From Octopus bimaculoides (taxonomy: Eukaryota), in the NCBI RefSeq assembly GCF_001194135.2, contig NC_068988.1:85142981-85206980 (forward strand): 64,000 nucleotides of DNA, given 5' to 3'. The translations under genes and the position numbers were made by a program. Under the pieces are notes generated by a model. The model was not told the origin of the DNA and did not search any database. It was given only the letters and a program-made list of their open reading frames with translations. Position 1 is the first letter of the stretch; the number at the start of each line of letters is the position of its first letter. Shown in pieces: positions 24,631 through 38,284 of the stretch.

Positions 24631-27283
24631 TATGGCCAAGCTGGGGCACCACCTAGAAGAATCTTTAGTCAAATGAATCAACTGCAGTACTTGTCTTTTT
24701 TAAACATGGCACTTATTCTATGGGTATCTCTTGCTAAACCACTAAGTTACAGGGACATAAACGCACCAATACCAGTTGTTAAGTGGTGGTGGGGCAAACA
24801 CAGAGACTGAACACTATCCTTACAATTTGTCATTCACTGCCCTCATTTCTTTCTTGTCAGGTGTAGCTTGTCAAAATCACAATTTGAGTGTTTCTTTGTG
24901 TTCTTGTCTAAAAATTACAGTTTCTCTATTTGCCAATGTATTACTCCTACTCCATAATCTCACCTTTAGTCTTCAAAATCAACCTCAGTCTTTTGTAATA
25001 CTCCTGAGAGAATATCTTCTTCATTCGGCTATTCTTCAGTTCATCTACTTCCAATAAAGCCGAATACTTTTACTCTTTTATTTGTTTCAGTCATTTGACT
25101 GCAGCCATGCTGGAGCACTGCCTTTAGTCGAGCAAATCCACCCCAGGACTTATTCTTTGCAAGCCTAGTACTTATTCTATTGGTCTCTTTTGCTGAACTG
25201 CTAAGTTACAGTGGGGGATGTAAACAAACCAGCATCAGTTACTTTTTCGCCTAGTCTCTTCATTAACTCTCCCATGGGTAAGTCCTCACTATCCAGTCAT
25301 TGGATTTAGTTATTACCCCACCAATATGAAGATGTTGTTAAGTCTCAGATCAATAGTGATCAAACAAACCTATGACCAAAGGAACTGCAATTGTCTGTTC
25401 AAGGTTACATACAAATACATTAATTCATATGTCATTCCTTGTTTAAGTCGGTGTGGATAAGGTCAAAATTTAACTGCTATTTCTAACATGTCAACCCACT
25501 GCTAAAAGCTGCCTTGTTAGTTTAAGACAGTTACCATGCAAGATGTGCTAACCATTTCCACTAACCAAGTGAATGATTAGAGTAAGTCTCTAGGTATCTC
25601 TCTAACGAAATGTAGGTCATATGCAAATATAAGTTTCCCAAAATACCTAGTCTCAATACTTAAACAAGGTAACTTCACAGTCTAGGAGTAGTCCAGCAGG
25701 TACACTGTTCCCAGCCACCTAAATATTAATAACCTTGTCATGCTGTCATGTAATACTGATATCAGTCCGACCCCCTATACTTTCATATTTAGTCATGCAA
25801 AGTCACCATTGAGTTACCAGTCAAATTACTGATAGCTTTGTCTGATACTTTGTCAGATGTTTGTTTAGCTTGTCTGTCAGACATTTCTCTTATTGATTGT
25901 CATATGTTCATCATACATTTCTCTGCCTGGTGTGTATGCATGATGGCATGTGTGTGTGTGTGTGTGTGTGCATGAGTGTGTGTGAAATTGTAGGTGTGCA
26001 TGTGTGAAGGCTGGTATGTGTGTGTGTGTTGGGGGGGGGGAATGTGCACATGTGAACAATCTACTTCACAACCAGACATATTCATGTCAACCACCAAATG
26101 AACGTATTTATTTCATAAAGCACAAATAATGACCTCTAATTTGCAGATGGTCATTCTAGACTGTGATAATGTGTTTGAGTTGAATCTGCAACTCGTACTT
26201 GTACACCATTACTAACCGTAATACGTTCTTCTCATATGGTCATTCTAGACCAATGATCAAAACTGAAAGGTAGAGCCTGCAACCTTTTTTTTTTTTTTTT
26301 TTTTACAGCTACTGAGACTGGGCAGAGGATGGTTGGGACTGCCATTATATATATGATTTTTAGCTCTGGTTTTCTCTTCCAAATTTGTGTCATTCAGGAT
26401 ATGAATTAGCAAAAATTAAAAAATCTCAGAATCTGAAGAAACTTTGAGGCAACTTGTGTTGGGCAAAATCATTTTCACCTTAAATTTGCAAAGTCAAAGT
26501 TAAGATAAGTGCAGACTTCCCAACCATATGGCCTAGGGTTCAGTCCCACTGTGTGGCACTTTGAGCAAGTGCCTTAAACTATAGCTCCACACTGACCAAA
26601 ACCTTGTGAATAGATTTGATAGACAGAAACTGAAAGAAAGCTATTGTATGTACAAGGTGGTATCAAAAAGTTCCCGGACTAGTTATGTTTAATAAGAAAT
26701 AACTCATTTACCTAAATTTTAACATCATCTCCTTTAAAATAGTCACCTTGTACAGCAATACACCAGTCGCAGTGTTCTGTTATTCGTAAGCAAGCCAAGG
26801 TCCTTCTGCANNNNNNNNNNNNNNNNNNNNNNNNNNNNNNNNNNNNNNNNNNNNNNNNNNNNNNNNNNNNNNNNNNNNNNNNAATGATCAAAACTGAAAG
26901 GTAGAGCCTGCAACCTTTTTTTTTTTTTTTTTTTTACAGCTACTGAGACTGGGCAGAGGATGGTTGGGACTGCCATTATATATATGATTTTTAGCTCTGG
27001 TTTTCTCTTCCAAATTTGTGTCATTCAGGATATGAATTAGCAAAAATTAAAAAATCTCAGAATCTGAAGAAACTTTGAGGCAACTTGTGTTGGGCAAAAT
27101 CATTTTCACCTTAAATTTGCAAAGTCAAAGTTAAGATAAGTGCAGACTTCCCAACCATATGGCCTAGGGTTCAGTCCCACTGTGTGGCACTTTGAGCAAG
27201 TGCCTTAAACTATAGCTCCACACTGACCAAAACCTTGTGAATAGATTTGATAGACAGAAACTGAAAGAAAGCTATTGTATGTA

Positions 27284-28181
27284 CAAGGTGGTATCAAAAA
27301 GTTCCCGGACTAGTTATGTTTAATAAGAAATAACTCATTTACCTAAATTTTAACATCATCTCCTTTAAAATAGTCACCTTGTACAGCAATACACCAGTCG
27401 CAGTGTTCTGTTATTCGTAAGCAAGCCAAGGTCCTTCTGCAATTTGCTCTGGATCTCGAGAATGGTGTTCTTGAGAACAGCTCTGGATCTCGAGAACAGT
27501 GACCGTGGAATTGCATTTTTATCTTGGGGAAGAAATGGAAGTCCACAGGTGCTAAATCTGGCAAATAGGGTGGGTGCAGAGGCGATACCATGTTGCTTTT
27601 GGTACGAAACTCATGAGTTGGTGACAGGGTACATTGTCTTTGTAAAGAATCCAATTCTTCACGCTCCACAGATCCTGTTGCTTTTGCTGAATGTCCTCCC
27701 TCAAACACTTCAAAACTTTGCAGTAGAACATTCAACTGACAGTTTGGCACTGGGGCACAAACTCTTGATGTATAATACCGCATTTCTGGAGGTGACACTC
27801 ATGGCAGGTCTTCCAGATCATTTATCTTCCAGGGATGTTCAGCTTTTGAAGTGCCTGTGCCATTTGAACCATTGTATACGACCCATTGCCTCATTGCCAT
27901 AAGCTTGTTGAAGCATGCTCAATGTCTCTGTAGCAGACTTCCTAAGTTTAACATAAAATTTCACATTGGCTTTTTGTTCCTGTCCATGACAAAATCGCAG
28001 ACTACAGCATACATGCAATCACAAAGACACAAATTTCACAACTTGCAAAGTAAATACAGTGATGTCACTCAGTACACTGTCTCATGAAGGTCACTGCTAG
28101 CTCTCAATGCACACACACCTTTGTGCTGCCATCTGTTGGCATGCTACAGAACTAGTCCAGGAACTTTTTGATACCACTTTG
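27284..28181 (-). mobile_element. Internally deleted mariner with 31-bp TIRs and TA target duplication, nested in the tail of a family B SINE
   Basis: CAAGGTGGTATCAAAAAGTTCCCGGACTAGT versus ACTAGTCCAGGAACTTTTTGATACCACTTTG; motif LHPPYLPDLAPVDFHFFPKIK. Confidence 0.92.
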
Positions 28182-28198
28182 TATGTATGTATATGTGA

Positions 28199-28231
<33 letters not shown>

Positions 28232-29107
28232 TTATTGTTTTACTATCCACATTTATATACTTGTATGGGTTGGATGAAGAGGCATGCATACATAAACACA
28301 CACACATGCACATATATACTATTGGTTTCTTCCAGTTTCTATCTACCAAATCCACTTATGAAGCTTTTGTTGGCCTGGGACTATAGTAAAAGCCACTTGT
28401 TGAAGGTGCCATGCAGTAAGACTGAACTCAAAAAGACTGAACTACATGGTTGGGAAGCACGCATTTTAACTATGCAGCCTTAATTTTAGATAAATGCTTA
28501 TAGACAAACATTTTATGACAACATTTACCAGGAAACTTATGTCATCCCTGCAAAAATTTGCTGTTGATAAACCTTGTTATAGTTTTGTTATCACTATTCT
28601 TGATAGTTACGATGTGAGGATTGAAATTGTGCCTTCATGACACATTCACACCAATGCAAAGTAAGCTATGTTTCAACAAGGCCATTCTAGACTGTTATAA
28701 TTAGTACCAAATTGACAATTCCACACCACTCTCACACAGGCCAATCCCACTGTTACAATTAACATCCTACATACATTTGTTAATTAAAGCACCATGTCAT
28801 TACTAATTTTGCATATAAACACGCTACATTCTTTTTCAGTCAAACTACATAACAGAGTGTATATCATCAAACTATATCAGTTTCGTGGAAACTGATATAG
28901 TTTAATGATGGTAGGAAATATACAGATAAACACATAGACACAATATCACACAACTGCATACTCTCACGTACACACATATGTGCATACACTCTCACGTACA
29001 CACATATGTGCATACACTCTCACATTATTGATATACAGACAATGATGATGAAACAAAACTAACACATACAGTCACACAGAGACTTACATAAAAATTCACT
29101 GAAATAT

Positions 29108-29335
29108 TAACCCTTTAGTGATCACATTATTCTGCCATAATTAATGCTTTTTTATCCACATTGGTTTGAACTAATCAAGCATTATCTCGTAGCTATGAGA
29201 TTTTGATGAGGTAGCTGTTAATTTTTAAAACCATATTGTAGGGTTGGTGTGAGAGACCAGATCTCGCCAGTTTGAACATAGAATAGGCAGAATACTTTTG
29301 GCCGGATATAGCCGGTTTAAATGCTAAAGGGTTAA
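29108..29335 (+). mobile_element. piggyBac-type MITE
   Basis: TTAA-CCCTTTAG...CTAAAGGG-TTAA. Near-identical truncated copy at about 8237-8455, diverged copy at 23285-23510; related family at about 38365-38586 and 49988-50378. Confidence 0.8.
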
Positions 29336-30001
29336 TATATATGAGTATATCATATATTTGTGTGTATTTGTTAGCATTGTCATCTTCATTTGATGTTGAT
29401 TTTTCCATGCTTGCACAAGTCAAACAGAATTTCTTAAGACATATTTTCTACGATCAGATGCCCTTCCTGTCACAAGCCCTCATCTGTTTCTGAACAAGGT
29501 AATACTACGATCATGGCCAGACATCTTTTCTCATGGAAGTCTTCAAATGAACATCACTTAAATCATAATGACACTCATTTACAACCATCACATGATATCA
29601 AGATAAGGGTACACACACACACACACACACGTACAATGGGCTTCTTTCGGTTTCCACCTACCAAGTCCACTCACAAGGCTTTGGTTGGCTTTGGGCAATA
29701 GTAGAAAACATTTGTCCCAGGTGTTGTGCAGTGGGACTGAACCCAAGACTAGAGGGATGGAAGGAAAGCTTCTTAGGTACACAACTATACCTGTGCCTAT
29801 TTATGTATGCGTGTGTGTATGCCTGTGATATGAGTATTAGGTTGTATGGTACAACTAGAGCTTTTGTTTCCATATTGTACATCTAAGGATAGTGAGATTG
29901 TCCAAATGACCATTCCCTATCTCAAGTTGTACCCATGAGATGTGTTAATTCATCACTGCACTGTAAACTAATATGGCAATGATGAATTACACCATCTAGT
30001 G

Positions 30002-30170
30002 CAGGGCTTCTCAACTTGGGGTATTCTAACAATTCTTTGATACAGTTCCTTATAATATTTAATTATAAAAGTATAATGGGATTTTTAAACATCAAATGGC
30101 TATGAGGATCCATCTGAGTAAAAATTGGAATCAAAAGGGTCCATAGGCAAAAAATGGCTGAGAACCAGTG
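30002..30170. mobile_element. hAT-type MITE with 8-bp target-site duplication
   Basis: ATCTAGTG on both flanks (29994-30001, 30171-30178); termini CAGGGCTTCTCAAC and GCTGAGAACCAGTG. Confidence 0.8.
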
Positions 30171-30674
30171 ATCTAGTGTTATCTATTTACAACAACATGA
30201 ACTGGAAGGGAAGTTGTCTTAGCCACTGATAGATGTAATGACTGTGACATAGAAACAGTCATCTTCTGAGTTACTTACTTGGTAGACTTGACTACTTCCA
30301 ATCTCNNNNNNNNNNNNNNNNNNNNNNNNNNNNNNNNNNNNNNNNNNNNNNNNNNNNNNNNNNNNNNNNNNNNNNNNNNNNNNNNNNNNNNNNNNNNNNN
30401 NNNNNAGTCATCTTCTGAGTTACTTACTTGGTAGACTTGACTACTTCCAATCTCACATGGTGATGTAACATGTAAAAGAAAGAGACATTGAAGTGAAGTG
30501 CATGTCTAGATGACTAACATCATTTCTTTCTTTAGCTTTATTTCCTGAGTTCGTATAGGTGCAAGCATGACCATGCGGTTAAGAAGTTTGCTACTCAACC
30601 ATGTTGTTTCAGGTTCAGTCCACAGTATAACACTGTGCCTTCTACTATAGACCTAACCAGAGTTTTATAATTCC

Positions 30675-30706
<32 letters not shown>

Positions 30707-30883
30707 CATTAAAATACAGAGATGCCTATAATAGGACATCTAACCCGCTAGAAAGAGCAGCAAAAAACTCTATACCACAAAAATAGGGATAATTTCGAAA
30801 GAGAATGAAAAATAAAAACTTTTACCAGCCTATACTCTGTACCATGGTTTCAAGTTATTTAGCAAGATAATAATAAATCTTAC

Positions 30884-31019
30884 TTGGGCAACTTTCTTCA
30901 GCAGAGTACCACGAACAAGCGAGTAAACACGAGTCATAGGGAAATACGACCCGCGTTTACACACTTAATTTTTCAAATTATACCGCGCATGTGCGCTTTA
31001 ACTTATCGGCAGTAAATAT
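30884..31019 (-). promoter_or_regulatory. CpG-rich promoter-like patch with NRF1-like motif and downstream 5' splice donor (putative internal first exon)
   Basis: About 10 CpG in about 120 bp against a CpG-depleted background, GCGCATGTGCGC motif, minus-strand CCAA|GTAAGATT at 30884/30883. Abuts an N gap. Confidence 0.35.
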
Positions 31020-31749
31020 NNNNNNNNNNNNNNNNNNNNNNNNNNNNNNNNNNNNNNNNNNNNNNNNNNNNNNNNNNNNNNNNNNNNNNNNNNNNNNNNN
31101 NNNNNNNNNNNNNNNNNNNNNNNNNNNNNNNNNNNNNNNNNNNNNNNNNNNNNNNNNNNNNNNNNNNNNNNNNNNNNNNNNNNNNNNNNNNNNNNNNNNN
31201 NNNNNNNNNNNNNNNNNNNNNNNNNNNNNNNNNNNNNNNNNNNNNNNNNNNNNNNNNNNNNNNNNNNNNNNNNNNNNNNNNNNNNNNNNNNNNNNNNNNN
31301 NNNNNNNNNNNNNNNNNNNNNNNNNNNNNNNNNNNNNNNNNNNNNNNNNNNNNNNNNNNNNNNNNNNNNNNNNNNNNNNNNNNNNNNNNNNNNNNNNNNN
31401 NNNNNNNNNNNNNNNNNNNNNNNNNNNNNNNNNNNNNNNNNNNNNNNNNNNNNNNNNNNNNNNNNNNNNNNNNNNNNNNNNNNNNNNNNNNNNNNNNNNN
31501 NNNNNNNNNNNNNNNNNNNNNNNNNNNNNNNNNNNNNNNNNNNNNNNNNNNNNNNNNNNNNNNNNNNNNNNNNNNNNNNNNNNNNNNNNNNNNNNNNNNN
31601 NNNNNNNNNNNNNNNNNNNNNNNNNNNNNNNNNNNNNNNNNNNNNNNNNNNNNNNNNNNNNNNNNNNNNNNNNNNNNNNNNNNNNNNNNNNNNNNNNNNN
31701 NNNNNNNNNNNNNNNNNNNNNNNNNNNNNNNNNNNNNNNNNNNNNNNNN

Positions 31750-31781
<32 letters not shown>

Positions 31782-32807
31782 TACAAATCAACTGAGTGAT
31801 CTTAATTTAGTGGGCTCGTGGGGTGCCAGCACCATGTAGTAGTGCTGTGTAAAAGTGCCTAGTACACTCTGTAAAGTGGTTGGTATTAGGAAGGGCATCC
31901 ACCAATAGAAAACATGCCAAAACAGACACGGAGTCAGGGCAGCTCTCCAGTTGGCTAGCTCCTGTCAAACCATCCAACCGATGTTAGCATGGAAAGCAGA
32001 AGTTAAATGATGATGATATATAATATATATAAACACACACATATATATATATATATGTTTGTATACATGTGTGTTTGTGTCTCCTTGTCTTGGCATTACA
32101 GGATAGTTATGAATGAATGCTACTACCATTCAGAGATCCTCATTTCTCGTCTTTTGTGAAAGCATGTTCACTTATGGGGAAATATTACTTGCTTGGAAAT
32201 AGGTGAAAGTTGGCAACAGGAAGGGCATCTGGCCATAGGAAATTTACTTCTATGAATTTCTTCTGACCCATGCAAGCATGGAAAAGTGGATGTCAAAACG
32301 ATGACAACGATGATGATGATGAGGTTATCTTGATTAGGTTGACTCTGGTATTGATCAATATGGTGTTTAATAAAATAAATACCAGCCATATACTGAGGTC
32401 GATACCACTGATTGTATTTTCCTCTCCATTTGATCCCAGCTGCCAAAATTGGGAATCAACATTATCACTTAAGATATATTCTGCCATGGTCAAATCTGCA
32501 TCATTACTCTCAGTAAAAACAAAATCATGTACTGGGGTCAATCAACTCTCAACCAATAATTATATGTTGGGCTAAAGTTATAAATTAATTAGAAATTAAT
32601 TTTATCCATCAATCTAAATCCTGCTGGAATTGATTTCACCCAACGTCCTTTCAAGTTCATGAAATACATCCCAATCATATACTAGAGTAGATTCTATCTT
32701 CATCTGTCAAAATCACCACTTTGTGCAAAAGTTACAAACCAATATGGCCTTCCTAAAGGTAAATCAGAACCTAACCTATAAGCTGAGTGTGTAAAGACAT
32801 TCATTAC

Positions 32808-32933
32808 CTGTGTATAAGTTTCATTATCAGCCAATTCAGCTGTCTGCTGATTAAATACTGCCTTGAGTTCTTCTACCAGTTGTCGGAGTTGGTTGGTCCT
32901 CATCTTTAGCACAGCTTTGTCTTGGAGTAATTT
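32808..32933 (-). CDS. IFT74: IFT74 coding exon (126 nt): KLLQDKAVLKMRTNQLRQLVEELKAVFNQQTAELADNETYTQ
   Basis: Acceptor ttccttgtag|AAA, donor CAG|GTAATG. Matches human KLHQER...QLQENETHSQ (42 aa). Confidence 0.94.
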
Positions 32934-35018
32934 CTACAAGGAATCAAGTAAATAAAATACATAAATTAGAAACATCATCATCATTTAACGTCCACGTTGG
33001 CATGGGTTGGACGGGTTGACAAGGGACTGCGAAGCAGAAGGCTGCATCAAGCTTCGCTGTCTGTTTTGGCAGGGGTTTTAAGGTTGGATGCTCTTCTGAA
33101 CACCAGTAACCTTACAGAGTGGATTGAGTGCTTTTACGTGGCACCAAAACTAGTGAGGCCTGTTTTGGCATGGTTTTTACATCTGGATGCCCTTCCAAAC
33201 ACCAACCACTTTACAGTGTGGACTAGATGCACCAGCACTGGAAGGCTCACCAAGTAACTTGCAAGACAAAGGCCCTTTGAGAGGAGGAGCAGAAGAGGAG
33301 GTGGCCTTGTGCCAGATGATGAGAGGTTAGAGTGTGACAGAGGGATAGAAACATGTTTAAATTTATGAATACACATCTCAGAGTGGTGTTTGTCTAGCAA
33401 GCACCTTGATCTGAGGTAGTATATTGAAACTGAAGCAATTCAAATATAATTTACACTCTAAATATAGCAAACAGAAAGAGGAGGGTAAAATGATTTAAAA
33501 AAATTAAATAAAGAAAGAAAGAAAAGGGAAAAAGAGAGAAAAAGTTTCACTGATGACAATAATATATATAATGTTGTAAACAAACAAAAACAGAAAAATG
33601 GAAAATGAAAATGACTAATGATGAATGACTGATGATTGATGCCATATGATGAAAGTCAATTTAAATTAACTTGCTTCTTGTATTATGCTAAGGAAAGTAA
33701 CTCAAATAGGATTAGAAACAGTTGATAGATATAATAGTGGTAGTGCAAGGGTGCTGGCAGTCACTTTAGTGTGGATAATAGTGAAAGATATATATATAGA
33801 GAAAATTTTGGCACTACATTAAATTTAAAGTGAATTTAATAGCTATGTGTAAATGGCAAGAATGGCTCTCCCCTGATATAACTGCTATGAACACACATGC
33901 ATGCACGCACACACACACCTGTATATACTTACATGTACATGCATAAACAATATAAACATGCATGACACTTTGAGGATATGTCCTGACCCCTCATCATCAT
34001 CCTATCACTTCTTACACCATTCAACCCACCTAAATATAATTTAGGGGAGCACTGCATCTCCTCCTACACAACTCTTCTCCCTTACCACCACTCTTATCAC
34101 TGGTTTTTTTCTCACTAATCCCCAGGTGCTACTTTCCCCTCTTTCTTTCCTGTTGCCCTCTTCCATCTTATCTTTCCTTTATACTTCACGCATCACTCAA
34201 CTCACCCATGTTTATAATAAGGAATAGCACTGCATCCTCACCTCGACTCTCCCCTCTGTCCTATCACTCTCTAACTCTTGCTCACTAAATTCCTTGACAC
34301 TACTTTTTACTTTTACCTCCTATTAGCCTCTCCTCTACTACTGACTCTTAGTCTCTCCCCTACCACCCTTTCTCAACAATAAACCCAGAAGTTCACAAAG
34401 AACTCTCTTGGACCCTGATTAATGGTGTAACTCAAGCTGTTGTGGCAATTAGACTGACCTACTCCACCAGTGGGTCCACCTACTCAACCAAACTTCATTA
34501 GCACATTGTCTCCATCTCTCTTTCACGTTAATTCCTGACATAACTCCCCGACATCTCCCATGTCTTCACTACTCCCACCAGAACACTGTTTTCCTGTTAT
34601 TCTCTGCATTACCATCTCTCACAATAAGAAACACCTTCCATCCATCATGAGGTGCTCTGTTTCACTTTTCAAGTTGTAAGGCAACCCCGCACCAACAATG
34701 CTGGTGCCAAGAAAGGCATCGAGTAAACTTTGTAAGTGATTGGTAACTGATTTTGAGCAGTGACAGCACAGGGATTGAGAGGGCTCTTTAAGCTTCTTGA
34801 TGGCATGGTAATCTCTATAGAGCGGGTGGCATGAAATACTGCACCTGGTGCACACTGTAAAGTGGTTGCTGTTAGGAAGGGCATCTAGCTGAAAAAATCA
34901 TGCAAAAAAAAAATGAGACAATGGAGGAAGACATGATCTTCTGACACACTGAATTCTGTCAAACTATCTTCCTCATACCAACATGGAAAATGGATGTCAA
35001 GTGATGATGATGCATAAT

Positions 35019-35090
<72 letters not shown>

Positions 35091-35782
35091 TTTCAGTATG
35101 CAAATTAATAGCACAAGTTCTCTGGAACTACAGGATGGATTTGTTGTGTATATAAAGAGACCTACTGCTTATTTCTCTGGGTTGGTTAAGTGATATAGAT
35201 ATCTCTAATAAGAATCCAATAAAATTTGAAAATTGATCAAGATTATTCACCATTTTTCTCAATCTACACAGAAGTAATTAAATCTACCATGTCTGTATAT
35301 TTACTGTGTAGGTTTACACACACACACAGACACATATATATCATCATCATCATTTAACATCCATTGTCCATGTTGGCAGGGGATGGACGGTTTGACCAGA
35401 GCTGACAAACTGAGGAGCTGCACCAGATTCCAGTGTGATTTGGCATGGTTTCTATGGCTGGATGCTCTTTCTAATGCCAACCACTTACAGAGCATGCTAG
35501 GTGCTTTTACATGGCACTGCACAGGTGCTTTTATGTGGTGCTGCACAGGTATTATTACGTGGTGCTACACAGGCGTTTTTATGTGATGCCACACGGGTGC
35601 TTTTACTGCACCTTAACGTTCAACTATGTCTTCTACATTTTTCCTTTTGGGCATCAACTATCTATCCTCTTTTGTACTGAAGATACTCCTATATGTAACA
35701 TTATCCTTCACTTCCTCTTTCAACACAGGTGATATGCACATGCAACTTAAACATCTCATGACAGATCTGCATTGCCTTTATG

Positions 35783-37113
35783 TGTAGAACAAAGTGTAGC
35801 GTACTCTCTAGTGAAATTCCTCACTCCTTTATTATATATATATGCATTCGAATGTAGCAGATAACAGCTAGCCTTTGGCTGCTATTTGGACCCCATTGTG
35901 TCCACTACTCTGATTGGTTGGAATTGGTGCAATTTGTCTCTTACTTTGTCGCACCAATTCGCAGCATATAACCAATCGGAGTTCCTAAATAAGATCACGT
36001 GAGTCAGCTTGTTCTCAACCCAGTTTGAGCCTATAACTCCTTATAAAAACTCAGCTACTCCTCGTCTCGAGGTCTTTGGCCCCAGACCATTTAAGGTCTA
36101 GCCACTGACCACACAAGACACAGCCAGTTTCGGTGACAACGCCAGATGACAACACCTGTCCAACAACATTATGGCAATCTCTGTCTTCGTCACCACCCTC
36201 ATCTTCTTAACGTCGTCGATATCATCTCTCTATGAACACAGCACAATAAGCAACTTGGGTGGATGTAAAGAATGCGGACTGCACCCCCTTTCGTTATTTT
36301 GTTTTTTTTACAGAATCCCCCATTTTCGAGTATGGAGATTCTGATTCTGCAAAAGAAATGGCATTTTAAAATTTTAATTCCTCCCTCCCTCCACCCAAGT
36401 TCTTTAATTTTCACTTTTTACAGAAATTTTGTTTTAGAATCGTAATCTCCATATTTCACACACAAAAAAAAATTTCTGGTAAAAGTGAAAATTGAAGAAT
36501 TTGTGGGGAGGGGAGGTATTAAAATTTTGGAATTCCATATCTTTTGCAGAATCAGAATCTCCATACTCGAAAATGGGGGATTCTGTAAAAAAAAACAAAA
36601 AAACGAAAGGGGTCCATATTCTTTACGTCTGCTGCAACTTGCACAGATTCTAACAACTGCACTGTTTGTGAATTACTTCACCATGGATCAACAGCGAATA
36701 TACAACCTGTGAGAACTCCTGTACCAAATGACCCAGGCAGCAGCATTACAGCCACAAATTCATGTATGACACGTACAGCAACCGGCTCCACATCATGGCT
36801 GCAACTTCTTGATACAGTATTTCAATTATTGTGTATAATTGACTACAGACTGGCATTTCTCATTCTTGTGTCTATGAACATTCGTCTAACTTCTCATTAT
36901 AAACTCTGTCGCTGTCTTCTTACTGCTATTCTTATATGTACTTAACGCATACGCATACATCTATGCCTATACACACATACACTTTGTTCTCATGACGGCC
37001 TGTCTATTATTCTGTATATATGATGCACACACAGTCACACATGTTAACATATCAATAAATTTCCTCTTAAAAATTCTACTCAGTTGCGTCTCACTCTTTT
37101 TCCCACTGGCACA
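35783..37113 (+). mobile_element. Probable solo LTR containing the MITE above
   Basis: TGT...ACA termini, near-TSD TTATG/TTATA, CCAAT boxes, CACGTGAGTCA, TATAAAAA at about 36042, AATAAA at about 37034. Confidence 0.45.
36258..36633. mobile_element. Foldback MITE with about 170-bp TIRs and 8-bp TSD (Merlin-like)
   Basis: TSD GCAACTTG at 36250-36257 and 36634-36641. The ORF track shows mirror-image ORFs on both strands. Termini are consistent with CpG-decayed GGCGGACGTAAAGAAT. Confidence 0.8.
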
Positions 37114-38120
37114 TTATATGTATTATTCAATTTCTTTTTGTTGTATCAACCGTGTGATGTGCTAAAGACTAATTCTCGTCACCTCACATTTCACGGCCCC
37201 TTACAAAAGACTCAGAAATATCTTTCACCAGAGATATCCCAACCTTGTCTCAACCACTCCAAGGAACACTGACAACACATATCAAGGAAACAGACTCCCC
37301 CAACACAACAACAAAAAACATCAGACCTCCCTCACAACAGTGAAACCATGTATTGAACACTATCAAAACTGACTCATAAGATTAAGTTTCATCTTCGCTT
37401 CTGTTTGATGTTCACCTTCCATGCTGGTATGGGTTGGATAGGGCCAGAAAATACTTCAGCCCTCATCAATTGATGACCAGCTAACAAATATCAATGAAAG
37501 ACCCACATTAGAGTACTTTTGACTAGGACAATACTTTTGATACACACATAAACAGTGTAGGCCCATGATATAGAACTGTTCACATATCTGGAATAGTGCA
37601 GCTGTTGCACACACAAACAACCTACACCCACATTACAGTACTGCTGTTACACACACATACAACAAACCTAGACCTGTATTACAGTACTACTCAAATATCT
37701 GAGGCAGTGCAGCTCCTCTGCAAATATCCAACATCATATCCAAAAGAAAGCTGTTCAGCTGACCGGCAAAAGCTTACTGACCAATACACTACGTTTCTGA
37801 ACTATTTACAAAATGTAACCTAATTAACCAATGGCACCTAACACATCCACTTTTCCTCCACTCTTAGCGGTACAAATAAACATATAAAAACAGACAAATA
37901 CACTGCAGAAAGTATGTGTACAGAAACACACAGATACATACGGTAACATACACAGACACAGACAAACACATATGCACACATCAGACACAGACAAGTACAA
38001 ACACATATGCACTAATGCATACAGTAACACATAAACACATGCACAAACACACACAAATGCATGTGCGCTCATACACATACACACACACAACTGCAGGAAG
38101 TTCAATAAAAGAAGACTCAC

Positions 38121-38284
38121 TTGTTTTCTACATTCAGATTTGTCTTTCAAACCCCTCATATCTCGATATGTCATAAGTTCATCAGCCATTTTAGCAATTT
38201 TCTCTTTCAAAATAGAAATTTCTCGATGAGTTTTACTCTCAAGTAGTTCTACTTTCTGAAGATCTTCTTGAAGTTTCTGATTTT
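38121..38284 (-). CDS. IFT74: IFT74 coding exon (164 nt): ENQKLQEDLQKVELLESKTHREISILKEKIAKMADELMTYRDMRGLKDKSECRKQ
   Basis: Acceptor atatttccag|AA, donor CAA|GTGAGT. Matches human RLQLDLQKMELLESKMTEE... Confidence 0.96.

Noticed and set aside
26252-27441. 559-bp apparently identical tandem duplication (26252-26810 and 26883-27441)
   Set aside because: The copies flank an N gap and appear identical, the signature of an unmerged contig overlap; treated as an assembly artefact.
30257-30454. 49-bp repeat on both sides of a 100-N gap
   Set aside because: Likely the same gap-flank overlap artefact.
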